Shown here piece by piece: positions 38,837-47,123 of a stretch of DNA of 61,816 nt; position 1 is the stretch's first letter, and every line of letters starts with the position of its first letter. The DNA is from Rickettsiales bacterium. Its GTDB lineage: Bacteria; Pseudomonadota; Alphaproteobacteria; Rickettsiales; UBA8987. Under the pieces are notes generated by a model. That model had not been told where the DNA came from and searched no databases. It worked only from the letters and a program-made list of their open reading frames with translations. The DNA is taken from assembly GCA_033762595.1 (NCBI GenBank), contig JANRLM010000049.1:1-61816 (forward strand), in the 5' to 3' direction. The translations under genes were made by a program, and so were the position numbers.

Positions 38837-39994
38837 GTTATAGCTTCCTTTTCCACACAGATACGCTATAATTGCTTGCAGGAAAAGCACTATCGCTATC
38901 TAGTTATAGCTTCCTTTTCCACACAGATACGCTATAATGTTTCACGATTATTTAAGTCGTGTTCGCAAGTTATAGCTTCCTTTTCCACACAGATACGCTA
39001 TAATATTTATTAAGTCCGTATGGCGGTATAATTGGTTATAGCTTCCTTTTCCACACAGATACGCTATAATAACAACTAACCAAAAGGAGCTTTATGATAA
39101 GTTATAGCTTCCTTTTCCACACAGATACGCTATAATGACGGCACATTAGCAGGCAATCCAGTTTTGGTTATAGCTTCCTTTTCCACACAGATACGCTATA
39201 ATGAAAGTAATTGTAAAGAGCTTGCTTTAGGTGTTATAGCTTCCTTTTCCACACAGATACGCTATAATTAAGCAGTATATCTGGTTGCATCTTGTGCGGT
39301 TATAGCTTCCTTTTCCACACAGATACGCTATAATCAAATTCTGATAGGGATATGGGAAATTGTAGTTATAGCTTCCTTTTCCACACAGATACGCTATAAT
39401 TATGCTCACGGGGTTTTAATTCTCCAGTTTGTTATAGCTTCCTTTTCCACACAGATACGCTATAATTGTGTGAAATATTACAATAAGCCCTATATGGTTA
39501 TAGCTTCCTTTTCCACACAGATACGCTATAATTCATAATTAATACTCATAAAATCCTTTTGTGTTATAGCTTCCTTTTCCACACAGATACGCTATAATTG
39601 TTCCAAAATTATAATCATAAGCAAAGCTGTTATAGCTTCCTTTTCCACACAGATACGCTATAATAACAATATCCTCTATTTCTAGCGATAATAGGTTATA
39701 GCTTCCTTTTCCACACAGATACGCTATAATTATTCAAAGCTATAAATTGCAACCAGAATTGTTATAGCTTCCTTTTCCACACAGATACGCTATAATTAAA
39801 AAGAAGTAGCAGTAATAGTACCTTGGGTTATAGCTTCCTTTTCCACACAGATACGCTATAATCAGAAGCTGAATTTATTAAAAATAACATAGGTTATAGC
39901 TTCCTTTTCCACACAGATACGCTATAATTAGGGGCAGTATATCGCTTTACAAACACTAGTTATAGCTTCCTTTTCCACACAGATACGCTATAAT
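38837..39994 (+). CRISPR. CRISPR array: 18 identical 36-bp repeats and 17 spacers, all 30 bp
   Basis: The repeat GTTATAGCTTCCTTTTCCACACAGATACGCTATAAT occurs at an exact 66-bp period, with starts at 38837, 38903 and so on up to 39959. All 18 copies were read as identical. The repeat resembles the Neisseria type II-C repeat, as recalled from memory, and ends in a perfect TATAAT. Plus-strand transcription is inferred (see findings). Confidence 0.97.
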
Positions 39995-40005
39995 CGGTTT
40001 TGGCT

Positions 40006-40038
40006 AACCCCCTGATAACAAAGGGGGTTTTAGCTTTT
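40006..40038 (+). terminator. rho-independent terminator at the cas-proximal end of the array (plus-strand sense)
   Basis: AACCCCCT-GATAACAA-AGGGGGTT is followed by TTAGCTTTT. The complementary strand has no T-run after the stem. Confidence 0.6.
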
Positions 40039-40052
40039 AGTTAACGAAAAAA

Positions 40053-40358
40053 TTACAATAAAACTAGCTGTTCTTTAGTTACTTTTTCTATTTTTTTTCG
40101 TTCACCAACTAATATTTTAATTCTTGAATATTGCTTATCAGTTACCTCTAAAACCCTTACACTACCCCTAGGCGGTAAATTATTTTTTAATCTTGTGATA
40201 TATTTATCAACTGCATCAAGCCCTTTGCAAATTCTGCAATACACAGAAAATTGAACCATAAAATAACCATCATTAAGAAGGTAATTTCTGAATCTGCTGG
40301 CACATTTTCTATCAAATTTTGTTTCAGTTGGAAGATCAAAGAAAACTAAAATTCTCAT
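40053..40358 (-). CDS. cas2: CRISPR-associated endoribonuclease Cas2
   Basis: The start was trimmed to MRILVFFDLPTETK, the typical type II Cas2 N-terminus (the ORF track starts 8 codons upstream at 40382). About 101 aa, adjacent to cas1 and the array. Confidence 0.9.
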   Translation of the reverse strand: MRILVFFDLPTETKFDRKCASRFRNYLLNDGYFMVQFSVYCRICKGLDAVDKYITRLKNNLPPRGSVRVLEVTDKQYSRIKILVGERKKIEKVTKEQLVLL

Positions 40359-40475
40359 ATATCTTTCCTCTTTAATTTTCATAATTTAACTGATTAAAGA
40401 GGCGAATTTATCAAAATTTTAGCTATTTTCCAAGAAAACACGCCACAAGTAAGCGAAGAAAATGTTTGAATTTTA

Positions 40476-41366
40476 TTAAAAACCTAAATTAGGAAGAATT
40501 AAGAAATTTGTATCTTTCTCTTTTGTTGCCTTCTGAAGGGTTTCAGCGGAGCGTTCAATTGCTTTTAGAATAGTAATTTTTTCACCATCAAACATACAAA
40601 ATTTAGTTAATACAGAAATAAGATTCTGCTTATCTTTCGGCGTTAAATCTGGCTTTTCGTTGTCTTGGAATTCTGTATAAACTAATTCATCTATAAAAGG
40701 TCTAAATGGCTCAATTAAATCATCAGCTAAATTAAAAGAATTTAGATTATTTGAGTGAAAAACGCCAAGAGACGGCATAAAGCCCGAAGAAACAACCGCC
40801 CTTGCAACTGCACCCCTTAAAATTGCGTAGCCATAATTTAGTGCTTTGTTTTTTATATCTTCTTTGCCTCTTTTGAAATTAGCAAATAATTCTTGCCAAT
40901 ATTCTTTTGCTGCTTGAGCTTCATTATTTTCTGAATCTCCAGATAATACAGATTTTGAGAGTTTAAGAAGCCTTATATTTTCGGTTTTATTGATTTTTTT
41001 TATAACCGAAAATTGATTGTAAATTTTTTGTTCAATAATTTTTTGCCATATTCTTTTTTTGAAAGGCTCAGACCAATTAATCTGCAAGTTAAAGATTTCA
41101 GTATATCTGCTATGCTTATGAAATGGAAGGAATATACCGCTTGGTAGATGGCTTTTATCTGTTATAAATAAAGCAATTCCATTATCTGCAATTGCTTGTA
41201 ATAAATTTGCAGAAAAGCTAATTTCGCTATTATCAGCCATTATAATGGCAATATCTTCTAAGGGTATTGTAACCTCTTCCGAGTTATCAGCAGGCTTGTA
41301 TAGAAGCTGATTGCTTTTAAGGCTTAACTTTGATTCTTTTGTAATATTTACAATTCGCCAAGACAA
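40476..41366 (-). CDS. cas1: CRISPR-associated integrase Cas1 (type II)
   Basis: 296 aa. It has MSWRIVNITKESKLSLKSNQL (the type II Cas1 N-terminus) and NYGYAILRGAVARAV...GVFH...FNLADDLIEPFRP motifs. It starts 2 nt after the cas9 stop. Confidence 0.93.
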   Translation of the reverse strand: MSWRIVNITKESKLSLKSNQLLYKPADNSEEVTIPLEDIAIIMADNSEISFSANLLQAIADNGIALFITDKSHLPSGIFLPFHKHSRYTEIFNLQINWSEPFKKRIWQKIIEQKIYNQFSVIKKINKTENIRLLKLSKSVLSGDSENNEAQAAKEYWQELFANFKRGKEDIKNKALNYGYAILRGAVARAVVSSGFMPSLGVFHSNNLNSFNLADDLIEPFRPFIDELVYTEFQDNEKPDLTPKDKQNLISVLTKFCMFDGEKITILKAIERSAETLQKATKEKDTNFLILPNLGF

Positions 41367-41368
41367 AA

Positions 41369-44300
41369 TTATACCTCGCTTTTTTTACCAATTGGCATTC
41401 TTTTTTCACCTTTAACTTCTGAATAATTTCCTAAAATATCAACAGAGTATTTTTTGAAGTTTTTTACCTTAGTTATTGAAAACATTTTTGAATATTCAGT
41501 CCTTAATTCCTTTGTTTTCTTATCCAAAATTTTAAATTTTCCGCTTCTATCTTGGGTTTCTAACTCAAATTGACCGCTACTAGGTTTATATTGAATTATG
41601 TAACCAAAATATTCTTTTTTATCACTTTCAAAGCTAATTAGTTCATCTTTAAATAAATGGAATTTGAAACTAAAAGAATTGTCAATAGAGATGTATTTTT
41701 CCCCTCTTTTGTTTGATAATGCTTTCATTTCATTATTTCGTATTCCTTTAATGTCGGTTTCATAAAATGGAACAATAAAATAAAAGTTGTCTTTTTCAAA
41801 CACATCTAGCCTTCTAACTTCCCCTAAATCAGCCTCTGCATTTCCGCTGTTTTTTAGATTAAGAACAGAATCGGATTCAAAATTCTCTGCAATTTTAAGC
41901 TTTTTAATTTGGTTTCCTATTTCATTATTACTTTTTTTAAGGAATACTTCTTTTTCAAACGCTTTAGTGCAATCAAAATTGTTTTCAGTAAGTAACTTCT
42001 TTATGGTGTTATATACTGAATACTCGCTATCAGAATCTTTAAATATTTTATTAGTTTCATCATAAATTCTGTAAGCTAGCATCTTATTTTCAAAATCTTC
42101 AAGGTTTTTGAAAAAATCTTTTTTAGATGCAATTTGTTTTAAACTGATATTTTTAGTAGTAAAATTAAGACCCCGATTTTTAAATTTTGTAGTTTTAAGG
42201 GTTGCTTTGTGAACCTCTCCACTTGCCTTCCTTCTTGCGGCTCTTGAAACAAAAACTTTTTCCAAATGGAAATTGACTTCATTTCTAAAACTTTCTTTAT
42301 CTCCCCACGGGGTAGGAATGTTAGATTTATTGGCAAATTTCTTAAGCCATTCTTTACCTTTTTCTTCCTTGCGTTTAGTGAAGTTGGATAGATATTGAAC
42401 CATTCCCTGCGTTGATACTGAACAAATTAATGCATCAACGGCGTGGTGTTTATCGCCTTCGGAGCGAACTTTTTCAAAGCCCCAATTATGACGCAAAAAT
42501 GCTGTTAATGAGCCGTTTCTGGTTTGAACCTTGTTTTTTATTTTATCGTTTTCATTTAATTTTAAGAATGATTTTATATATCCCGCTGTATATTTGGTTG
42601 CGTAAGAGGTATCTCTTAAATTCCTCTCTATAAAATCATCTGATTGTTCAAATTTTTCTTTTAAGAGCCTATTCTTTTTTGGTAATGGCAAATTTGATGC
42701 AACTATTCTATCTTTGAAAGCTCGCCATTTATCCGTATCAACACCAAAATATTCAGCAGGAGTTTTATTACCTTTTTGCCTATTTTCGCTAGCAAAGCAT
42801 AAAACCTTATTATTTAAGCTATCATCTAAACATCTGCTGTAGGGGATTATATGGTCTATATCTAAAGAGTTATAGTCTTTTAAGTTTTCAATTTTAATAT
42901 CATTTCCAGAATAAATACATTTTTCATTTTGTTGACGCCATAATCTTAGCCTTAATAAATTTGCTCCTTCATCTGGCTTTAATCCAAGATTTTCACATTC
43001 TTTTCTTGCTTGCTCTTTTTGGTCTTGAAAGGCTTTTTGCCCTTTCTCAATTTTTCTTCTTTCACTATGGGAATTCTTAGCATCTCTAGTAAATTCAATA
43101 TTAATTTGGTCTGGTCTGCCATGCTGTCTAATAACCGCATTTACTACTTTTCTAACTTGACAAACCGCCCTATGAACAACTGGGTTTCTTATAGGTTCAA
43201 AGTTAATTCCTTTTTTCTTAAGCTCTTCAAAAGATGGTAAATAGTCAAACTTTTCTGATTCAGAATTGGGGTTATAGTGTTTGTATCCCGCTAATTCACA
43301 AGCTTTTGAATAATTATAACCTTGTTCTAAAAAGGGATTAATTTTTCTTAATGCCCCTAATGAAAGATGCATATACTTAGAAAATGCTACTGATTTTAAC
43401 TTTTCTGCAATTTCAGGCTTGGTAATTTGTATTAGCTCATTATAAGCTTCCTCTTCTGATTTAGTCGTAGTTAAAATCTCGCAAATTTTATCAAATTTCT
43501 CACTATTATTTAGAAGGGCGTGGAATTCTTCTTTTCCAAATTCCTCGTGAATGTTTTTTATAGTATTGAAGCCTTTTAACTCTATAAATTTTTCTGCTTC
43601 AGGATCTTTCTCTTTGCCTTTGCTATTCTTAAAAGTTGAATAATTTAACCCCTTAAATATTATTGTTTCATCTAGCTTTAGAGCTTTTCTTAGAGTTTTA
43701 TAAGTTAATGTTTTTTGACTTAATGCAACCTCTTTTATAATCCTTTTTTGTTGTTCGGTTAACTCTATTTTTTCAGGGTTATCAATGGTTCTAAGGCTCA
43801 AATTTGAAATTTTAGTTAATAAATTAAAAATTTCTGCTGAGTAAGAATTCCTTGGTGCTCTAAGCTCATCTTTCTCAAAAGTGCATTTACCAATCATTTT
43901 TTCCATCTGCTTTCTATCTATTGCAGATTTTTGGCTAAAGGCTATTTCAATATATTTATTAACAAATTCAGTATTTATAAAATTTGCACCAAGCGAGGCT
44001 TGTTTTTCTAATATTAGTTTTGCTTCTTTCTCGGTTAGGTCTCTAGGAATTGAGTTTATATAAGTTTCAGATTTATTTCTGAACGGCTTATCATTAATAT
44101 TTGTGCGAACCAAAAGCTGAGGAAATGTTAACAAACCTTCCTCTTTAAGTCTCTGAGTATTTTCTCTGATTGCATTTTTTACAAGCCCATCTTCTGATTT
44201 TTTCTTTTCATCTGATATTTCGCCCTTTTGGGGTTTATATCCTCTAAGTTTTGCAATATGATATAGAACCCTAAATAATTCCGCTTCATTTATTCTTCTC

Positions 44301-44665
44301 TCAAGCCCTTCTGCTCTTAGTTGCCAAGGTGATTTTTCATATGCTTGTGGCTTCAAAATATCTTCTATTTGCTCGAGTGATAAAATATTATACTCTGCAA
44401 AAAGTTTTTTGATTTTTTCTAACCTAAATCTCCTTCTTCTTAGCCTTCTTCTTGATGACCTTTTTTCTCTTCTTGGCAAAGCAAGAGACTTACCATCTTT
44501 TGGGTTTTCTGCTTGTGTGAAAGCCCTTACGCCCAAGCCTAATAATTTGCCTTGAATAATTTCTCCAGTTTCTGGATCAATAGTTTGTAACTTATCTTCA
44601 TCAATTTCTGAAATTGCCCAGCCTATTGATGATATTCCTATGTCAAGCCCTAGAATTTTTTTCAT
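41369..44665 (-). CDS. cas9: Cas9 (type II-C size class, ~1098 aa), all nuclease motifs intact
   Basis: The start was trimmed to MKKILGLDIGISSIGWAI (RuvC-I). It has an Arg-rich bridge helix (RREKRSSRRRLRRRRFRLE), RuvC-II (INIEFTRD), HNH (DIDHIIPYSRCLDDSLNNKVLCFASENRQKGNKTP) and RuvC-III (HHAVDALI). No csn2 or cas4 is present, so the subtype is II-C. Confidence 0.95.
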   Translation of the reverse strand: MKKILGLDIGISSIGWAISEIDEDKLQTIDPETGEIIQGKLLGLGVRAFTQAENPKDGKSLALPRREKRSSRRRLRRRRFRLEKIKKLFAEYNILSLEQIEDILKPQAYEKSPWQLRAEGLERRINEAELFRVLYHIAKLRGYKPQKGEISDEKKKSEDGLVKNAIRENTQRLKEEGLLTFPQLLVRTNINDKPFRNKSETYINSIPRDLTEKEAKLILEKQASLGANFINTEFVNKYIEIAFSQKSAIDRKQMEKMIGKCTFEKDELRAPRNSYSAEIFNLLTKISNLSLRTIDNPEKIELTEQQKRIIKEVALSQKTLTYKTLRKALKLDETIIFKGLNYSTFKNSKGKEKDPEAEKFIELKGFNTIKNIHEEFGKEEFHALLNNSEKFDKICEILTTTKSEEEAYNELIQITKPEIAEKLKSVAFSKYMHLSLGALRKINPFLEQGYNYSKACELAGYKHYNPNSESEKFDYLPSFEELKKKGINFEPIRNPVVHRAVCQVRKVVNAVIRQHGRPDQINIEFTRDAKNSHSERRKIEKGQKAFQDQKEQARKECENLGLKPDEGANLLRLRLWRQQNEKCIYSGNDIKIENLKDYNSLDIDHIIPYSRCLDDSLNNKVLCFASENRQKGNKTPAEYFGVDTDKWRAFKDRIVASNLPLPKKNRLLKEKFEQSDDFIERNLRDTSYATKYTAGYIKSFLKLNENDKIKNKVQTRNGSLTAFLRHNWGFEKVRSEGDKHHAVDALICSVSTQGMVQYLSNFTKRKEEKGKEWLKKFANKSNIPTPWGDKESFRNEVNFHLEKVFVSRAARRKASGEVHKATLKTTKFKNRGLNFTTKNISLKQIASKKDFFKNLEDFENKMLAYRIYDETNKIFKDSDSEYSVYNTIKKLLTENNFDCTKAFEKEVFLKKSNNEIGNQIKKLKIAENFESDSVLNLKNSGNAEADLGEVRRLDVFEKDNFYFIVPFYETDIKGIRNNEMKALSNKRGEKYISIDNSFSFKFHLFKDELISFESDKKEYFGYIIQYKPSSGQFELETQDRSGKFKILDKKTKELRTEYSKMFSITKVKNFKKYSVDILGNYSEVKGEKRMPIGKKSEV

Positions 44666-44688
44666 AACTTCAATCTTAGGTTTATTTC

Positions 44689-44716
44689 TTGACATTACTA
44701 AACTTAGAATTATATT
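44689..44716 (+). promoter_or_regulatory. sigma-70-type promoter for the tracrRNA candidate
   Basis: TTGACA (44689-44694), a 16-nt spacer, then TATATT (44711-44716). It is divergent from cas9, and the anti-repeat begins ~17 nt downstream of the -10. Confidence 0.55.
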
Positions 44717-44723
44717 CAATAAT

Positions 44724-44831
44724 GAATTTCTCTTATAGAATATCTGTGTGGAAATGGTTGTTATAATAAGAAGAAATTCGTGGGTTCCTCCCGTGGCAAT
44801 ATTTTATATATTGTTTCGGGATACCCTTTTT
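44724..44831 (+). ncRNA. tracrRNA candidate
   Basis: The anti-repeat at 44733-44766 (TTATAGAATATCTGTGTGGAAATGGTTGTTATAA) is complementary to the plus-strand repeat at 27 of 34 positions, including a 14-nt perfect block. It is followed by the hairpins CGTGGG-TTCC-TCCCGTG (with G-U pairs) and GGG-ATA-CCC, then T5. The ends are estimates. Confidence 0.75.
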
Positions 44832-44850
44832 GATTAACTTATTTACGGCT

Positions 44851-45015
44851 TTAATAATTCTCAGGTTTATCCCCCCTCAGCTTATCTAAAAAATCTGCCC
44901 AATCTTGCATCATTTGTTTTCTTTCTTTTAGATATTCAGCCCTATCATATGCAGAACCCAAAGCACCTTTTTTGCTATGTGCAAGGTGAGCATCAACAAC
45001 ATCAAATTTGTAATG
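44851..45015 (-). pseudogene. C-terminal remnant of a second P4-type integrase
   Basis: The reverse strand reads HYKFDVVDAHLAHSKKGALGSAYDRAEYLKERKQMMQDWADFLDKLRGDKPENY-stop. It aligns with the intact integrase C-terminus GFKYDVIERQLAHGERNKVRASYNHAQYLKERREMMDWWGEFIEKLGG (about 40% identity by eye). An in-frame stop lies 5 codons upstream, and no N-terminal part is present. Confidence 0.75.
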
Positions 45016-45031
45016 TGTAATTTTTTGTTAT

Positions 45032-45496
45032 CTAACCCCTTATAATCTCCGCATATCTCTCCACTAATGCAAGCATTTGGTTAGCTTCTGAGGGGCTTAT
45101 TTTGCCAGTAATCATATTTTTAACTATTAACTCCCCTGCTTGTTTAATATCCTCTTTATTATTGAGTGTTATTTCTGAAATTTCAGCGGTTTCATCTTCA
45201 AGCAAGCAAACATTTTCAGGGCGTGGTGCAGGGATTATTTTATTTAATAGTAATTCTATAGCGTCTAAATGTCACCATTTTGCTTTTTCTATAAGCTTCT
45301 GCATTATCTGCTGGATATTCTCTTCGGTGATATGTTCAGCTAACCTTGTAAGTTTATTTTTACAACCTTTGGGCTTGCCTAGGGGGTTGCCACTCACCCC
45401 TTTTTGAAATAGCCATGACTTATGATTTTGAGAGCTAGAAATAACTAATTGCTGATTTCCAACTGAATTTTCAGATGTGGTAGTTATTTCAGTCAT
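45032..45496 (-). pseudogene. DUF5681-like phage/plasmid protein interrupted by an in-frame TGA
   Basis: The 74-aa ORF (45272-45496) contains FQKGVSGNPLGKPKG. Reading through the TGA at 45272-45274 in the same frame continues with HLDAIELLLNKIIPAPRPENV...ITGKISPSEANQMLALVERYAEIIRG to a TAG at 45032. Together these match the full-length family layout. Confidence 0.55.
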
Positions 45497-45499
45497 ATT

Positions 45500-45787
45500 T
45501 TATATGCGGTCGTAAATTTTTAAATAAAACTTCAACAATCTATAATTTTTTAGCAGATTTGCTCGACAAACCCATTTATTGCCTTCGTCCTCAACTTTTG
45601 GCTCTAAAAAAGTTCCACCTTGCTTAATTAGAAAGTCATCATAGTTGCCACTTAAACAAAATTTTGTATGTTCCCAGTCAATTTCACCAAAAACAACCTC
45701 AAAAGATTCAATAAATTCCTGAGTAAATTTTAGTAATACATCTTCTTTCATATTTATATTAGGTGTTAAGATTATTAAAGAAATCAT
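45500..45787 (-). CDS. hypothetical protein (island cargo)
   Basis: 95-aa ORF on the same strand, tightly packed with its neighbours. No recognisable motif. The start is uncertain (internal Met at codon 13). Confidence 0.35.
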   Translation of the reverse strand: MISLIILTPNINMKEDVLLKFTQEFIESFEVVFGEIDWEHTKFCLSGNYDDFLIKQGGTFLEPKVEDEGNKWVCRANLLKNYRLLKFYLKIYDRI

Positions 45788-46082
45788 ATTTTATCACATC
45801 ATTATAAGCTTCTCTTTCAGCAATGTTTTTAGGCATACCGCCATCATATTGCATTATTGAGGCTCGTTCTTCCCACCACTCATATTGTTTAGGGTTGAGC
45901 TGCTTTAGTTTTTTAAGTAACGAATAAGAAACATTAGGCTTTGAAACATTTTGTTTAGTTCTTACAACAAAATTATCGTTACTTGTTTCAACTTTATTTT
46001 TATTTTTGTTTCGCTCGATTACTAGCAAAGCCAAGTCTTTTAAGCTCATTGTTTCATAGTTGTTTATAGTTTTGTATTGCAT
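45759..46082 (-). CDS. hypothetical protein with an EERAxIMxYDGG...AEREA motif
   Basis: 107-aa ORF. The C-terminal WWEERASIMQYDGGMPKNIAEREAY resembles a short motif common in phage/plasmid replication-associated proteins. Confidence 0.4.
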   Translation of the reverse strand: MQYKTINNYETMSLKDLALLVIERNKNKNKVETSNDNFVVRTKQNVSKPNVSYSLLKKLKQLNPKQYEWWEERASIMQYDGGMPKNIAEREAYNDVIKYDFFNNLNT

Positions 46083-46141
46083 AAATATTTTTGTTTCATT
46101 GTTTCAAAACATAGTAAAAAAACAGCGGAACAACCTCCTTT

Positions 46142-47122
46142 CTATTTTGTTTTCTTTCTTCTTATCTCAATAAGTTTTTCAGCTTCCGCCTTCTTAATAA
46201 GCCGATTTACCTTGCTTAAATTTAAACCTGTTTCTGTGGCTATATCTCTTTGCTTTAATCCGTCATTGTGAAGTTCAATTACTCTATTTAGCTCTGCATC
46301 TTCTATTTCCGATATTTTCCACCCCCCTTCATTTAGCCAAGCTTCAAAAGGTTTCGCATCATCACCATAAAAACCACGAGATTTTTCATAATGAACTTCA
46401 AATCTTGCACCTTGCTCATTTTGATAATCTTGCGGGCGTTTAAGAGTGATTACGGTATCTAAGATATCCTCCTTCTTTGATGTTCCTCGCTGGCTTCCGC
46501 CTTTATTGGAGTGATGAATAAACAAAACGGATTTGCCTTTACTTCTGAGCTTCAAAACCCACTCTTGAATAAGCTTCCAGCTATCTTCGTCATTTTCTTT
46601 GCCAGACCTGCAAAGTGTAGAAAGATTGTCTAAAATTATTAACTTTGTATCTTCGTGAATATGTTGCTCTATTTTTGCCTGCCCCTCTGGCTCTGATAGA
46701 TTAGGAACGCCAAATTCTTGCATATCTGGCGTGATAATATCCAATGAAATACTTGAAATATCATAATCCTTAATCATTACAGCAAGCCTTTCTTGCAGAA
46801 CATTGGCTGGCATTTCGCCATCAATAAATAAAACCCTGCTTGGTTTTTTGCACTTCCACTTTTCACTAAAAAGTGATTTTCCAGAAGCAACAGCAAGCGC
46901 AATAGATAACGAAACTTGAGTTTTTCCTATTCCACGCAAAGCATAAAGCATCACCAGCCCTTGCGTTGGTATTATTGGCGAAAGCAACATTTCTCTTGGT
47001 GGAATAACTTTTGCCATAAACTCTTTTAAGGCAATGCAAATAACCTCTTTAGTGTCAGTTTTTTCTTTTGGCATAAATTCTTCTGCACTTGAAATTAATT
47101 CTTTTATTTGTGCTATTGTCAT
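46142..47122 (-). CDS. RecA-fold AAA ATPase (AAA_25/RepA-like) with a C-terminal HTH
   Basis: 326 aa with Walker A (LRGIGKTQVSL), Walker B (LIILD) and HHSNKGG. The C-terminal LKQRDIATETGLNLSKVNRLIKKA is HTH-like. It starts 1 nt after the primase stop. Confidence 0.7.
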   Translation of the reverse strand: MTIAQIKELISSAEEFMPKEKTDTKEVICIALKEFMAKVIPPREMLLSPIIPTQGLVMLYALRGIGKTQVSLSIALAVASGKSLFSEKWKCKKPSRVLFIDGEMPANVLQERLAVMIKDYDISSISLDIITPDMQEFGVPNLSEPEGQAKIEQHIHEDTKLIILDNLSTLCRSGKENDEDSWKLIQEWVLKLRSKGKSVLFIHHSNKGGSQRGTSKKEDILDTVITLKRPQDYQNEQGARFEVHYEKSRGFYGDDAKPFEAWLNEGGWKISEIEDAELNRVIELHNDGLKQRDIATETGLNLSKVNRLIKKAEAEKLIEIRRKKTK

Positions 47123-47123
47123 A

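Noticed and set aside
39227-39409. 60-aa minus-strand ORF in the ORF track
   Set aside because: It lies entirely within the CRISPR array. Its peptide is just the repeat translated three times (IIAYLCGKGSYN), so it is not a gene.
38837-39994. Self-targeting spacers against the GTA genes, the island or the MITE-like elements
   Set aside because: No convincing match was found by eye; the best was a 10-nt coincidence between spacer 9 and MITE copy 2. A computational search of all 17 spacers against the whole genome is needed before any claim.
40383-40475. Unusually long cas1-cas2 spacer containing TTAGCTATTTTCCAAGAAAACACG, vaguely repeat-like (possible second anti-repeat or degenerate repeat)
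   Set aside because: Similarity to the repeat is limited to TAGCT and TTTTCCA with gaps. The 44733-44766 anti-repeat is far better and has a promoter and terminator.
45272-45274. Possible TGA reassignment (genetic code 4) suggested by the in-frame TGA in the DUF5681-like gene
   Set aside because: Core genes such as prfA (ends ...SEIG-TGA at 6766-6768) and the Cys-rich protein gene (TGA at 12028-12030) use TGA as a genuine stop at the expected protein ends. An island-gene nonsense mutation is the simpler explanation.
45102-45407. 101-aa plus-strand ORF
   Set aside because: It is antisense to the DUF5681-like (pseudo)gene, which has recognisable family motifs. It is low-complexity Ser/Ile-rich.
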